This document shows positions 7,198-16,912 of a DNA stretch of 64,000 nucleotides, one piece after another (position 1 is the first letter of the stretch; each line of letters opens with the position of its first letter). The stretch is from Candidatus Enterousia sp. Lineage in GTDB: Bacteria > Pseudomonadota > Alphaproteobacteria > Rs-D84. The translations under genes were made by a program, and so were the position numbers. The notes below the pieces were generated by a model. The model saw only the letters and a program-made list of their open reading frames with translations, made no database searches and was not told where the DNA came from. The DNA lies in contig JAZLAT010000005.1 of the NCBI GenBank assembly GCA_045613345.1, positions 3,588 through 67,587 on the forward strand, read 5' to 3'.

Positions 7198-8985
7198 TTA
7201 TACTTTCAGCGCATTGATAAAAGCCGATTGTGGAATTTCTACATTACCAAAAGTCCGCATCCGTTTTTTACCTTCTTTCTGCTTTTCCAAAAGTTTACGT
7301 TTCCGCGTAATATCGCCGCCATAGCACTTTGCGGTCACATCTTTGCGGTACGCGGCAATTGTTTCACGCGCGATGATTTTCCCACCGATTGCTGCCTGAA
7401 GAGGTATTTTAAATTGATGTCGCGGAATCAAATCTTTCAGTTTTTCCACGATTGCGCGACCACGTTTTTCTGCCGCCGCCCGATGACACATAAATGATAA
7501 AGGTTCAACATTTTCTTCATTGACCAATATGGAAACCTTGACCAAATCCGACGGTTGATATCCTTGGACGACATAATCAAAAGATGCGTAACCCGAAGAT
7601 ATCGATTTCACGCGGTCATAAAAATCAAAGACTATTTCCGCCAACGGCAATTTATATGTTAAAACCGCACGATTCCCGACATAGGAAATATTTTCTTGGA
7701 CACCACGGCGTTCCGAACAAAGTTGCATAATTCCGCCCATATATTTGTCCGGCATCATAATAGTTGCGCGCACCCACGGTTCTTCAATAGATTCGATTTT
7801 TGTAATATCGGGCATATCCGCAGGATTTTCTAAATCAACAACTTCGCCATTTCGCAAATGAATTTTATAAAGCACACTTGGCACAGTATTGATAAGGTTT
7901 AAATTAAATTCGCGTGCCAATCGTTCACTTATAATTTCCATATGCAACAAACCCAAAAATCCGCAACGCAAACCAAAACCCAAAGCCGAAGATTTTTCCG
8001 TCGTAAAAACAAAAGACGCATCATTCAATGCCAACCGTTCCGCACTTTCGCGCAGGTTCGGATAATCATCTGCGACAACCGGAAAAAACGATGAAAACAC
8101 AACCGGAACCGATGGTTTGAACCCCGGCAAAGCGTCAACCGTCGCGCGTGCATCGGCAATAGTATCACCAACACGGCAATCGTGAATCGTCTTCATTCCC
8201 GTAATGATAAAGCCTATTTCACCCGTCGAAAGCAATTCGGTATCAACCATTTTCGGTGTAAAGAATCCAACTTTTTCAACCGTATATTCTGCACCCGTTG
8301 CCAAGAACCGAATCTTTTGTCCGCGACGCAGAACACCATCAACGATTCGCACCAATACAACCACCCCAAGATAAGAATCGTACCACGAATCAACAAGCAA
8401 TGCCCGCGTTGGAGAATTTTCATCGCCATGCGGCGCGGGCAATTTATGCACAATTTCTTCCAATAATTCGGGGACCCCTGCGCCCGTTTTACCCGAAACC
8501 GCAATCGCATCCGCGGCATCAAGTCCAATAACATCAGAAATTTGTTCACGCGTTGCGGCAACATCACTTGACGGCAAATCAATCTTGTTCAATACGGGCA
8601 ACATTTCTAAATCATTATCCAACGCAAGATAAGCATTCGCCAAAGTTTGTGCTTGGACACCTTGGGTTGCATCGACCAAAACCAATGCACCTTCACACGC
8701 CGCCAAAGACCGCGAAACTTCATAAGAAAAGTCAACATGTCCGGGCGTATCCATCAAATTTAATTGATAAACTTCGCCGTCACGCGCACGATAATTTAAT
8801 CGCACAGTTTGTGCCTTTATCGTGATTCCGCGTTCGCGTTCGATATCCATAGAATCCAAAACCTGGGCCTTCATTTCGCGCGATTCCAAACCGCCCGTGT
8901 ATTCAATCAATCGATCCGACAGCGTCGACTTGCCATGATCGATATGTGCAACGATAGAAAAGTTTCTGATGTTTTTTTGCTGCAT
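7198..8985 (-). CDS. lepA: elongation factor 4
   Basis: 595 aa. [30 protein letters not shown] GTPase motifs and the LepA C-terminal domain. Confidence 0.97.
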   Translation of the reverse strand: MQQKNIRNFSIVAHIDHGKSTLSDRLIEYTGGLESREMKAQVLDSMDIERERGITIKAQTVRLNYRARDGEVYQLNLMDTPGHVDFSYEVSRSLAACEGALVLVDATQGVQAQTLANAYLALDNDLEMLPVLNKIDLPSSDVAATREQISDVIGLDAADAIAVSGKTGAGVPELLEEIVHKLPAPHGDENSPTRALLVDSWYDSYLGVVVLVRIVDGVLRRGQKIRFLATGAEYTVEKVGFFTPKMVDTELLSTGEIGFIITGMKTIHDCRVGDTIADARATVDALPGFKPSVPVVFSSFFPVVADDYPNLRESAERLALNDASFVFTTEKSSALGFGLRCGFLGLLHMEIISERLAREFNLNLINTVPSVLYKIHLRNGEVVDLENPADMPDITKIESIEEPWVRATIMMPDKYMGGIMQLCSERRGVQENISYVGNRAVLTYKLPLAEIVFDFYDRVKSISSGYASFDYVVQGYQPSDLVKVSILVNEENVEPLSFMCHRAAAEKRGRAIVEKLKDLIPRHQFKIPLQAAIGGKIIARETIAAYRKDVTAKCYGGDITRKRKLLEKQKEGKKRMRTFGNVEIPQSAFINALKV

Positions 8986-8992
8986 TTTTCCC

Positions 8993-9022
8993 CACTAACC
9001 ACTAACACTAACCACTAACACT
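8993..9022 (-). repeat. tandem 13-mer (7+6) array, TTAGTGGTTAGTG x2 on the minus strand
   Basis: cactaaccactaa at 8993-9005 and 9006-9018, plus cact. Fills most of the 39-nt rbfA-lepA spacer. The 26-mer is identical to 16865-16890 in reverse complement. Confidence 0.9.
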
Positions 9023-9024
9023 TA

Positions 9025-9372
9025 TTATAAACTTGCAAGTATATCCTCTATCCTTTCTGCGCGTTCAAGTGTATCATCATACATGAATCTTATTTGCGGA
9101 ACATATTTTTGATCCAATTGTTGTCCCATTTCATACCGAATCGTTTTTGTTTCCACATCCAATCGTCTTTGCACTGCGTCTACATTGCCCAAATGACAAT
9201 GATAGAACAACCGCACAAATTGTAATCCACCATGTGCATCCGCACCACTAAGCGACACCGTGCCCAATATCGGATCATCAGCATATTTATTACGCAAAAT
9301 CTCTGCGACCAATGTTTGCACCTTGGACGCGATTCGTTCATTTCGTTTTGGGTCTTTGACTTTTTTTGACAT
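9025..9372 (-). CDS. rbfA: ribosome-binding factor A
   Basis: 115 aa. RIASKVQTLVAEILRNKYADDPILGTVSLSG ... FVRLFY pattern typical of RbfA. Confidence 0.88.
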   Translation of the reverse strand: MSKKVKDPKRNERIASKVQTLVAEILRNKYADDPILGTVSLSGADAHGGLQFVRLFYHCHLGNVDAVQRRLDVETKTIRYEMGQQLDQKYVPQIRFMYDDTLERAERIEDILASL

Positions 9373-9383
9373 TTATGCTTCCA

Positions 9384-9412
9384 TTGTTGTATATATGATG
9401 TAAAGGTATAAT
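9384..9412 (+). promoter_or_regulatory. candidate promoter
   Basis: TTGTTG (9384-9389), 17-nt spacer, TATAAT (9407-9412), upstream of the gene at 9441. Confidence 0.4.
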
Positions 9413-9440
9413 ATATTACGCAACAATCAAGGAAAATTTA

Positions 9441-10013
9441 ATGAAAGTTTCAGAATATTTATTATCGCGCGCAAATACACGGACTTATACATGGGTTGTG
9501 TTTTTAATGACCGTATGCGAATCGGTGTTTTTGTTTATTCCACCCGAAGTTTTTATGACCCCACCGATTATTGCGAATAAAAAACGCGCAGTTCCGATTG
9601 TGTTGGCGGCGACATTGGGTTCGATTGTTGGCGGGATAATTTCATATTGCATTGGGCTTTGGGTTTTCGATTCGGTTGGTGTATGGCTTATCAACCACTT
9701 TGCAAGCCCCGAAAAATTTGCGATGGCGCAAGATTTATTTATCAAACACGGAATATTTATTATATTTTTGACGGCGGTAACACCGATTCCATATAAATTA
9801 ATGGCGATGTGCGCGGGATTTATGGGATTTCCGGCGGCGCTTTTTTTGGGACTTTCGGCGATATTCCGCACGGGACGATTTGCGATTGTTGGATATTTGC
9901 TGTGGCGGTTTCAATCCCAAGCAAATGCGATAGTAAAAAAATATTTTTGGCCGATAACCATTGCCGCAATCATAATTGCAGGTTTTGGAATATTATTGAT
10001 GTTGATGTTATAA
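9441..10013 (+). CDS. YqaA/DedA-type (SNARE-associated) membrane protein
   Basis: 190 aa, multi-TM. FLMTVCESVFLFIPPEVFMTP motif typical of the YqaA family. Confidence 0.75.
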   Translation: MKVSEYLLSRANTRTYTWVVFLMTVCESVFLFIPPEVFMTPPIIANKKRAVPIVLAATLGSIVGGIISYCIGLWVFDSVGVWLINHFASPEKFAMAQDLFIKHGIFIIFLTAVTPIPYKLMAMCAGFMGFPAALFLGLSAIFRTGRFAIVGYLLWRFQSQANAIVKKYFWPITIAAIIIAGFGILLMLML

Positions 10014-10043
10014 ATTTCCCTTTGATTCTTAAAACAATCAATT

Positions 10044-10078
10044 AAAAACAGGGGCGGAATGCCCCTGTTAAAGTTTTT
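10044..10078. terminator. bidirectional intrinsic terminator
   Basis: Stem acaggggc (10048-10055) / gcccctgt (10061-10068), flanked by A- and T-runs, between convergent genes. Confidence 0.7.
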
Positions 10079-10098
10079 GTGCTTAGACTAAGATAACC

Positions 10099-11109
10099 TT
10101 ACTGAGCCATCGGTGTCCAAGTCAATGTCATCTTGCTGTTGTTTGCATCCCATGTGGACACCAACGCACAGTGCGCAGTAGAATTCTTACATGTATCCGG
10201 CATAGCAGCTAATTCACCGCCCAAACCAGTGCTTGCAACGTATTCTTTAACAGCTTTCGCAGTGACCAAGTCAGCTTCGTCACCATTAGCATTTGTACCA
10301 GTACCATCATCAGATGCAGCCAATTGTGCACCACTTGTGGTGATTTTGGCGCTGGTGATATCAAGTGTAACGGCACCATTAGAATTTACCCCAGATACAT
10401 CAACATATGTACCATCCAAAACCGCGTTTGAGATCGATGTCCAAGCACCATCCGCATTAGCAACCATCATCTTTTCATTTGCGCCTGTTTTCTTTTGAAC
10501 CGCGGATGCAGTGACCAGTTTAGCCCCATTAGCAGAAGTAACATCAGCAGCTGCAGTAACTAACATGGCAGGCGTAATTGCAACAGTAGTACCAGCTTCA
10601 CCAGCCTCTGGTGTAACGGTAACATACGTACTGCCGTTAACTGCGTTTTGGTGAATCGAACTTTCTACGGCATCCAAAGCTTTTACAACCGCTTTTTCAG
10701 ATGGGACTCTGGTTTCACTGCCCTCATAACCGTCCTTCCATTCATAGGCGCCATTTTGGGTTATTGATTCTGCACGAGTTACGATATGTGTACTGCCCAG
10801 CAAGCCAGTCGGATTATATGTAACCAATTCACCACTGTTTGCGGTCGAAGGGTTGGTATACTCTTTCATCGACGCCATAGATGGATACTTGTTTTCATTT
10901 GTCGCCGCAGTAACCAAATCACTACCTTTTACTGTGCCGTCGACTTTATCCGACCAATATTCGTACTTTTCATCAGAATACTTTTGTGATGTCACAACAC
11001 CCGAAGCATCACTGCTGCGTGCAGTTTTCGCAGCATTCGCGGCACCGGCAGACAACAAAATCGCCGCAGCCGCACCAACGAATACTAAACCTTTTACTTT
11101 AATTTTCAT
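10099..11109 (-). CDS. secreted surface protein with repeated VT(A/S)xAV / EKAVVKAL motifs (tail-fibre-like)
   Basis: Start trimmed to MKIKVKGLVFVGAAAAILLSAGAANA (SD AAGGAA). Motifs VPSEKAVVKALDAV, LVTASAVQKK, LVTAKAVKEYV. C-terminal Cys pair CKNSTAHC. Confidence 0.65.
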   Translation of the reverse strand: MKIKVKGLVFVGAAAAILLSAGAANAAKTARSSDASGVVTSQKYSDEKYEYWSDKVDGTVKGSDLVTAATNENKYPSMASMKEYTNPSTANSGELVTYNPTGLLGSTHIVTRAESITQNGAYEWKDGYEGSETRVPSEKAVVKALDAVESSIHQNAVNGSTYVTVTPEAGEAGTTVAITPAMLVTAAADVTSANGAKLVTASAVQKKTGANEKMMVANADGAWTSISNAVLDGTYVDVSGVNSNGAVTLDITSAKITTSGAQLAASDDGTGTNANGDEADLVTAKAVKEYVASTGLGGELAAMPDTCKNSTAHCALVSTWDANNSKMTLTWTPMAQ

Positions 11110-11230
11110 ATTTGTTCCTTTTTGTTTGTTTTGTTGTTTTATTTGTGAATGTCGTTGAAACAATTGATTTCACCAATATTCACGCTCTTTCTTTGAATTT
11201 AAATGCTTTCACATTTATTTTCAGAAGCTC

Positions 11231-12433
11231 CTATCCTTCGGGGTTTTCGATGACCGGGCCACCCTCCTCTTCGCCATCTACAACCACACGAAACCACGCG
11301 CGATTGCCGTCTTGATCCACCGAAAGAACATAACTGTGTCCATCGGGTTTACCATCCGGACCTTTTGGCACATTGTCATTCCACCATTGAATCCAATCCA
11401 AGACGCCAACAATGTCGCCCGCCAATTTCCCACGCGCAATTGCCGCACTATTCGCCACATCATCATTGGTTATCTGGTTCTTGTATGCCAAATCGCCCAA
11501 TTCTTCTAATCCTGTACGTGCAACCAATTCGTTGATTTCTGTTTTATTGTAAACATCAGATTTTGGATAAAAATCACCCGTCGGTTCAACCATACCGGTT
11601 GTTTCATTTACAACCAACGCATAACCTTTACCTTCGGGCTGGGAAATATCGACCTTTTCCGCCAAACGATTGCTTACCTCTGCAAAAGAAGTCAACATTT
11701 CGCTGCGCAGCCCTGCAATACTTTCATTGATTGCGCCGTTCATTCCGCCCAAATCAAGTTTAGTCTTTAAATCTTCCCATGAAATCAGCATCTGGGGCTT
11801 GCCATTTATTGCGGCATCAACACCATGATATACAACCTTGATTCCATCATCATTATCCGCATCAATATCAACAACCACACCGTCGTCCAATTCTAAATCA
11901 GTGCGAACCCGATCAACATTCAAAATCAATTCGTTTCTATCTTGATCAATATCAATGTAATAGGAATCGTCCAGCATATCTTGCTTGTCAGTTTCCAATT
12001 CAGAAACATCACGTTCCAATTTATCAATACGCAAATCTAAATCATCTGCGGTTTTACCCTTGGTGCTTATCGAAACCGGATTACCGATATACTTACCGAC
12101 CGACAGACGTGGTGTCGACGCAGCACGCGATGCCGATGTGCCGCCCGCCGAAACCGAACCACCCGTTGTCATCGTGGCCCCACTTGTTGCCGATGCATTC
12201 GAAGCCGCCGGCGCAGCCGCCGACCCAGCAGAAGCCGACAAAGATGCCGTTGGACGCGCATATCCACCCGCACGCAACGAACCCGCACGCGCAGAGCCTT
12301 CGGTCGCAGACGACGCAGACGTAAACGTTCCGGTTCCACCAACCGCACGAACCGAAGCCGCCGCAAAGCCATCACCACAGAACGCAGCCACCGTTAAAAT
12401 TGATAACAAAGACGTTTTTATCCCCATTCTCAT
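11231..12433 (-). CDS. secreted Ala/Ser-rich coiled-coil surface protein (tail-fibre-like C-terminus)
   Basis: 400 aa. Signal peptide MRMGIKTSLLSILTVAAFCGDGFAAA, low-complexity A/S/G region, coiled coil RIDKLERDVSELETDKQ, then ITNDDVANSAAIARGKLAGDIV. Confidence 0.65.
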   Translation of the reverse strand: MRMGIKTSLLSILTVAAFCGDGFAAASVRAVGGTGTFTSASSATEGSARAGSLRAGGYARPTASLSASAGSAAAPAASNASATSGATMTTGGSVSAGGTSASRAASTPRLSVGKYIGNPVSISTKGKTADDLDLRIDKLERDVSELETDKQDMLDDSYYIDIDQDRNELILNVDRVRTDLELDDGVVVDIDADNDDGIKVVYHGVDAAINGKPQMLISWEDLKTKLDLGGMNGAINESIAGLRSEMLTSFAEVSNRLAEKVDISQPEGKGYALVVNETTGMVEPTGDFYPKSDVYNKTEINELVARTGLEELGDLAYKNQITNDDVANSAAIARGKLAGDIVGVLDWIQWWNDNVPKGPDGKPDGHSYVLSVDQDGNRAWFRVVVDGEEEGGPVIENPEG

Positions 12434-12504
12434 CTGATTTTTCTCTCTTGTTTTTTATTGTATCACAACTTCACAATTTTGCACAACACTTTTTTTAATT
12501 TTTT

Positions 12505-13359
12505 TTAAAATTCGTATCGCAACCCAATTGAAATTTGGTTATCCAGCACAAAACCAACATCTGTTTCAAGATTGAATACTGCTGCTGGATCAGTCCGCGT
12601 AATTGTGCGTTCAAATTTTGGCCCCCAATGACCCGACAAACGATAACGCAAATCCAGTACAACTTCTTCGGATAAATCAAAAGTGTAACCGCCCATCAAT
12701 GCAAATATCATTGACAAGTCTGATTCAGATCCCGCCGCATTAACATCCAACCCACTTAATGACACACGTGGGAATGCGAAACCGATACTGCCCCCCAAAT
12801 AGAAATGGTTTACAAAATCATAATATGCATTAAACGTACCATAAAACGTCGACATCTTGAATGTATAACCATTATCAGAATCTTCGAATTCAGACATATA
12901 GCCAATTTCAATATCGCCACGAACCGCCGGTGTAAAATGATAACCCAAGAAAATATCAGCACCAAAAACAGGTTCAAATGTATAATCATCATGATCGGCA
13001 TCTGCACCTTGGATATATTCCGCCGGTGCTTTGTATTTATTTTTCCATGTCAACATGTCCGCACCAACGCGACCACCCAAATACCAATTCGAACGAGCAT
13101 GCGGTGTATATGTCCGTACTGGTGTCGGTGCAGGTTGATATGCAACCGACAATGGTTCATAAGCAATCGGTTCGGCGACCGGTTCAGCAACCGGTTCGGA
13201 CACAACGTTTGCCACCGCCCCAGAATTTGCCGCACCAACATATACAACACGAACTTTTTTTTGCTTGTTGCAAGTTTTATCTTTGCAATTGCATGAACTG
13301 TCCGCAAATGCAGGAATTGCCGCCGCCAACGCAACCAAACTAACAATGATTTTTTTCAT
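12505..13359 (-). CDS. outer-membrane beta-barrel protein (Omp25/31-like porin family)
   Basis: Signal peptide MKKIIVSLVALAAAIPAFA. Alternating beta-strand pattern and C-terminal ...GLRYEF (terminal Phe). Confidence 0.75.
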   Translation of the reverse strand: MKKIIVSLVALAAAIPAFADSSCNCKDKTCNKQKKVRVVYVGAANSGAVANVVSEPVAEPVAEPIAYEPLSVAYQPAPTPVRTYTPHARSNWYLGGRVGADMLTWKNKYKAPAEYIQGADADHDDYTFEPVFGADIFLGYHFTPAVRGDIEIGYMSEFEDSDNGYTFKMSTFYGTFNAYYDFVNHFYLGGSIGFAFPRVSLSGLDVNAAGSESDLSMIFALMGGYTFDLSEEVVLDLRYRLSGHWGPKFERTITRTDPAAVFNLETDVGFVLDNQISIGLRYEF

Positions 13360-13446
13360 ATCTTTTCCTTACTTTCTTTTCACACAGTATATCATAAAAT
13401 TACCCCCTTTGCAAATATCAGATTGACCAAAAAAAATTTTTTTACT

Positions 13447-14241
13447 ATGATGCAAGGTATGGAAGACAATACAATTATTTCTTTTGCAAATGTTGGCGTG
13501 CGGTACGATACGGGTCCCGATGTTTTGACCGATGTGTCTTTTAATATCGGCGCGGGGTCATTCTTTTTTTTGTCGGGGGCATCGGGTGCGGGGAAAACAA
13601 CTCTGTTACGGTTGATTTATCAACTGCACAAGCCGTGCCGTGGAACAATAAAAATCTTTGGCACACCAACAAATAATATATCGCGCGACGAAGTAACGGC
13701 GCTGCGCCAGAAAATGGCGATTGTATTCCAAGAATACGCATTGATGTCGCATATGTCGGTGTTTGATAATATCGCGCTGCCTTTGCGTGTGCGCGGTGTT
13801 GACGAAGCAAAAATTAAAAAGCTTGTGACGAAAACACTGGAATGGGTTGGACTCGGCAAATTCGCAAACGCAAATCCAAAAACCCTTAGCGGCGGACAAC
13901 AGCAACGTGTCTCTGTGGCACGTGCGATTATTGTGCAACCTGCAATTATGCTGGCGGACGAGCCGACGGGAAACTTGGATGATGAAAATGCTGCGCGGTT
14001 GATGGAGCTTTTTATTCAAATGAACAAGATTTTTGGGACTACTATTATCATCGCCACACATAATACAAAGTTGATGCAGGCATATAAATTCCCCATCATG
14101 CATGTTGCCGACCATAAACTAAGTTTCGTTGGACAAACACAAAACGAATCGGCACGGATGAAAAAAACCACGGAATCTGTGGCGGGCGAAGCGCTGTTCG
14201 CGGAACTAAGCAAACAATTTGACAATATTGGAAACGCATAA
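13447..14241 (+). CDS. ftsE: cell-division ABC ATPase FtsE (start uncertain: 13423 TTG, 13447, 13450 or 13459)
   Basis: Walker A GASGAGKTT, signature LSGGQQQRVSVARA, Walker B MLADEPTGNLD. Followed by ftsX. About 40-aa C-terminal extension. Confidence 0.88.
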   Translation: MMQGMEDNTIISFANVGVRYDTGPDVLTDVSFNIGAGSFFFLSGASGAGKTTLLRLIYQLHKPCRGTIKIFGTPTNNISRDEVTALRQKMAIVFQEYALMSHMSVFDNIALPLRVRGVDEAKIKKLVTKTLEWVGLGKFANANPKTLSGGQQQRVSVARAIIVQPAIMLADEPTGNLDDENAARLMELFIQMNKIFGTTIIIATHNTKLMQAYKFPIMHVADHKLSFVGQTQNESARMKKTTESVAGEALFAELSKQFDNIGNA

Positions 14242-14242
14242 A

Positions 14243-15085
14243 ATGAAAAGACCACTTGTATTTTCGCTGTTTCGTGACCAATCGGTGTTTATGACCGCAA
14301 TCATGGGAATAATGACTTTCTTGGCGGTGATGGCATTAGGAATTTCATTGGCGATTGGAACCGGCGTAGTACGATGGAACCACCAATGGGCAAACTTTGT
14401 ATCTGTTCAAATAACCGGCGAAGAAAATATCGCGCGTGTAAAAAAAATCATTGATACAAATCGTGAAAAATTCGAATCGGTTCACGAACTGAGTGCCAAC
14501 GAAATGACGCGTTTGATGGCGCCTTGGGTTGGTGGCGGGAACAGCGCACTAGAAAAATACTTACCCAAGATGATAGAAATCGAATTCCAAGATGAATCGG
14601 ATATTACATCCATGCGCGACGCAATTGGTAAAAATGCACGGTTTGTGCGACACAGCGATGCGTTAAAGCCTTCGATTTCGGCGGGTTGGAAAATAGTCAT
14701 GATTTTGGGCATGGTGTTAGTTCTGATTATCGGAACAATTGGGGTTTGTGTATCATTTATCGCACGAAACACGGCGGTTCTGCATAGGCGCGAATTAGAA
14801 ATCTTGAATCAAATCGGCGCAAGCGATTCGTTTGTTATCCGTCAAATGCAGATTATTGTGACCAAGATTTGCCTTGGGGCATGTGGCATTGGCTTTGTTG
14901 CCGCGTTGCCGGTTTTGGCGGCAATTTTGGCAATTTCGCGATCGGCACGTGTCGGGCTTATGGCTATGCTTGACATTTCTGGGACTGGGTGGTTTTTTAT
15001 CGCGATTGTACCGGTTACAATTATTATCTTTGCAATATTTGTAACACGGCACTCAACAAGAAAGATTCTGGACGGCGGTCAATGA
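14243..15085 (+). CDS. ftsX: cell-division permease-like protein FtsX
   Basis: ATG lies 1 nt after the ftsE stop. Four predicted TM segments with a large loop after TM1. Confidence 0.82.
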   Translation: MKRPLVFSLFRDQSVFMTAIMGIMTFLAVMALGISLAIGTGVVRWNHQWANFVSVQITGEENIARVKKIIDTNREKFESVHELSANEMTRLMAPWVGGGNSALEKYLPKMIEIEFQDESDITSMRDAIGKNARFVRHSDALKPSISAGWKIVMILGMVLVLIIGTIGVCVSFIARNTAVLHRRELEILNQIGASDSFVIRQMQIIVTKICLGACGIGFVAALPVLAAILAISRSARVGLMAMLDISGTGWFFIAIVPVTIIIFAIFVTRHSTRKILDGGQ

Positions 15086-15603
15086 AGTTTTTGCGTCCTT
15101 CATTTTTATTGCTTGGGTTATTTGTGATTGGTGGTATCGCATTCAAGGTAACAACCCCAAACGATTGCGAATTCACATTACCAAACGACAGTGTATTTGT
15201 CTTGACGGGTGATTTTCGGCGTATCCCATTCGCATTACGTCACATTGAAAAATATCCTGACTCTGATTTATATATAATTGGTGTCGCCCCTGATTCGGCA
15301 TACGCAAATGTTGAACGTGCAACAATCGAATCCGAATCGAAATCGACATATCAAAATGCGCGCGCAATAAGGAAAATTGTGGAACGTGCCGGTTTAGACC
15401 GAATCGTTTTAATTACAACCGAAGACCATATTCGCCGCGCAAAACACTTGGTTCATCGCGAATTACCATATACGACAATTGTTGCATGCCCGGTCAAGCT
15501 TTCTGATATGCCGCCGGCGCGTCGATTGGAACGTTGGCTGATTGAATATGCGAAATACCTTGTCACTTTGATCGGAATTCGTGAAGGTCCACAATATATA
15601 TAA
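15082..15603 (+). CDS. YdcF/DUF218 (SanA/ElyC-like) protein
   Basis: ATGA overlap with the ftsX stop. N-terminal TM, VFVLTGDFRRIP, STYQNARAIRKIV, VLITTEDHIRRA. Confidence 0.7.
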   Translation: MKFLRPSFLLLGLFVIGGIAFKVTTPNDCEFTLPNDSVFVLTGDFRRIPFALRHIEKYPDSDLYIIGVAPDSAYANVERATIESESKSTYQNARAIRKIVERAGLDRIVLITTEDHIRRAKHLVHRELPYTTIVACPVKLSDMPPARRLERWLIEYAKYLVTLIGIREGPQYI

Positions 15604-15619
15604 TATGTAGGAAATTAAA

Positions 15620-15832
15620 ATGAATCTTGACAGATTTGAACAATATAATGAAACAGATGACTTTGTCGCATATTTGGAAAAAAATCCTTTGTTTCCGGGA
15701 CTGCGTGGGGTTGTTGTGTATTACAAGAAAAAAAATCAATATTTGCAGACGATTTTGACGCGCAATACTTTGACAACTTTTTTCAATCCGATGGATTACG
15801 CAAAAATCATTGCCGACGGACATTCAAGATAA
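15620..15832 (+). CDS. hypothetical small protein
   Basis: 70-aa ORF with an AGGAAA SD, sitting in a tight operon gap. No family recognised. Confidence 0.4.
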   Translation: MNLDRFEQYNETDDFVAYLEKNPLFPGLRGVVVYYKKKNQYLQTILTRNTLTTFFNPMDYAKIIADGHSR

Positions 15833-15846
15833 AAAAAGGGAAAAAA

Positions 15847-16554
15847 ATGTTAAGAACAATTTTATTTAAAACTATATTGGCAATTTATTTCATACTGTGG
15901 GCACCATTTTTATTGGTTGGATTGGTGTCTAAAAACATAACATCTCGAATGGTAATTGCGGATGCACGTGGAGTGTTGTTATTGGCGCGAATCATTTGCG
16001 GGATAAAATATAAAATCTTGTATCCAGAACCAGACGATGGCGCGATTCCTGAAACACCGAATGAAAACAAACGAATCGATGGCAAGGCCATAATCGCATC
16101 AAAACATATGTCAACGATGGAAGTTGCAATATTGGTAACAAATATTCAAAATCCATTTTTTATATTAAAACGTGAATTGCTTTGGATTCCGATTTATGGT
16201 TGGGCATTTTGGCGCATGGGAATGCAACCGGTAAATCGCGCGCGTGGTGCAACAAATCTTAATAAATTGGCGGACACGGTGGCAACCAAAATCATGAATG
16301 GTCAAACACTGATTATATTTCCCGAAGGAACGCGTGTAAAACCCGGCACACACCCCGCATTAAAACGAGGGCTGATGTTTTTGGCACAAACATTAAAGTT
16401 GCCGATTATTCCGGTTGGAACCGATACAGGGCTTTATTGGCCGAAACGTGGTCGCATGTGTCCAGGTGTTGCTACTTTGCATTTTGAACCTATAATTGCA
16501 TCAACCGCGACACTGGATGAAATTCACACTGCAATAAACCGCCACAGTGCATAA
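15847..16554 (+). CDS. plsC: 1-acyl-sn-glycerol-3-phosphate acyltransferase
   Basis: N-terminal TM, acyltransferase block SKHMSTMEV (HX4D-like) and FPEGTR. Confidence 0.82.
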   Translation: MLRTILFKTILAIYFILWAPFLLVGLVSKNITSRMVIADARGVLLLARIICGIKYKILYPEPDDGAIPETPNENKRIDGKAIIASKHMSTMEVAILVTNIQNPFFILKRELLWIPIYGWAFWRMGMQPVNRARGATNLNKLADTVATKIMNGQTLIIFPEGTRVKPGTHPALKRGLMFLAQTLKLPIIPVGTDTGLYWPKRGRMCPGVATLHFEPIIASTATLDEIHTAINRHSA

Positions 16555-16567
16555 AATCCATTCAACA

Positions 16568-16593
16568 TAAACCGCCTTGAACGGCGGTTTTAT
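16568..16593 (+). terminator. intrinsic terminator after plsC
   Basis: Stem aaccgcc (16570-16576) / ggcggtt (16583-16589), followed by tttta. Confidence 0.65.
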
Positions 16594-16687
16594 AAAAAAA
16601 TCGGCATTCTTTCATTTTATGCTTGCGTTAAAACATCAGATTTTGATACACTAAATTCGAATCGAAATGAAATTCGATTTGGGACCT

Positions 16688-16832
16688 GAGAATCCCATAC
16701 TTTCCGGTGCATGGCATCGTAAACCGTTTAAGATTTCGCATGTTTTTGCACCGTAATATTTATACCCCGCCTGTTGGGGTGCCATTGGAGTATATATAAA
16801 GTCCATTGGGGTCATTGAAAGTATGATTTCTC
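16688..16832 (+). ncRNA. candidate structured leader/ncRNA upstream of the surface-protein gene
   Basis: Closing helix 16688-16704 : 16817-16832 (5 bp + 9 bp). Inner hairpins cggtgca (16705-16711) / tgcaccg (16747-16753) and cccc-gcctgtt-gggg. No known RNA class recognised. Confidence 0.3.
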
Positions 16833-16841
16833 AACACCCCG

Positions 16842-16860
16842 ACATGTCGATTCGACATGT
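16842..16860. promoter_or_regulatory. perfect 9+1+9 palindrome (candidate dimeric-regulator site)
   Basis: acatgtcga t tcgacatgt, immediately 5' of the 13-mer array and about 50 nt upstream of the ATG at 16913. Confidence 0.35.
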
Positions 16861-16864
16861 TTGT

Positions 16865-16890
16865 TTAGTGGTTAGTGTTAGTGGTTAGTG
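16865..16890 (+). repeat. tandem 13-mer array TTAGTGGTTAGTG x2
   Basis: Exact 26-mer, reverse complement of 8993-9018. Lies 22 nt upstream of the start at 16913. Confidence 0.9.
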
Positions 16891-16912
16891 AAAAGAACAA
16901 AGGGAGAGCAAC

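Noticed and set aside
8993-9022. The heptamer/13-mer arrays (also at 16865, 23720, 50738, 63611) considered as a CRISPR array or telomere-like repeats.
   Set aside because: The units are 7/13 nt and directly tandem, with no unique spacers, and no cas genes are in the window. The sequence is internal and flanked by normal genes, so it is not a replicon end. The resemblance to TTTAGGG-type telomere repeats is only partial.
16684-16696. CCUGAGA string reminiscent of the THI-box (TPP riboswitch).
   Set aside because: The rest of the THI-box is absent: no ACCC...CCUGAUCUGGAUAAUGCCAGCG-like pyrimidine-sensor helix. The downstream gene is a surface protein, not a thiamine gene.
16795-16812. AAAGUCC string reminiscent of the RNase P RNA P4 region.
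   Set aside because: None of the other universally conserved RNase P blocks are present (GGUAAGGGUGAAA, ACAGAAnCCGGCUUA), and the spacer is too short.
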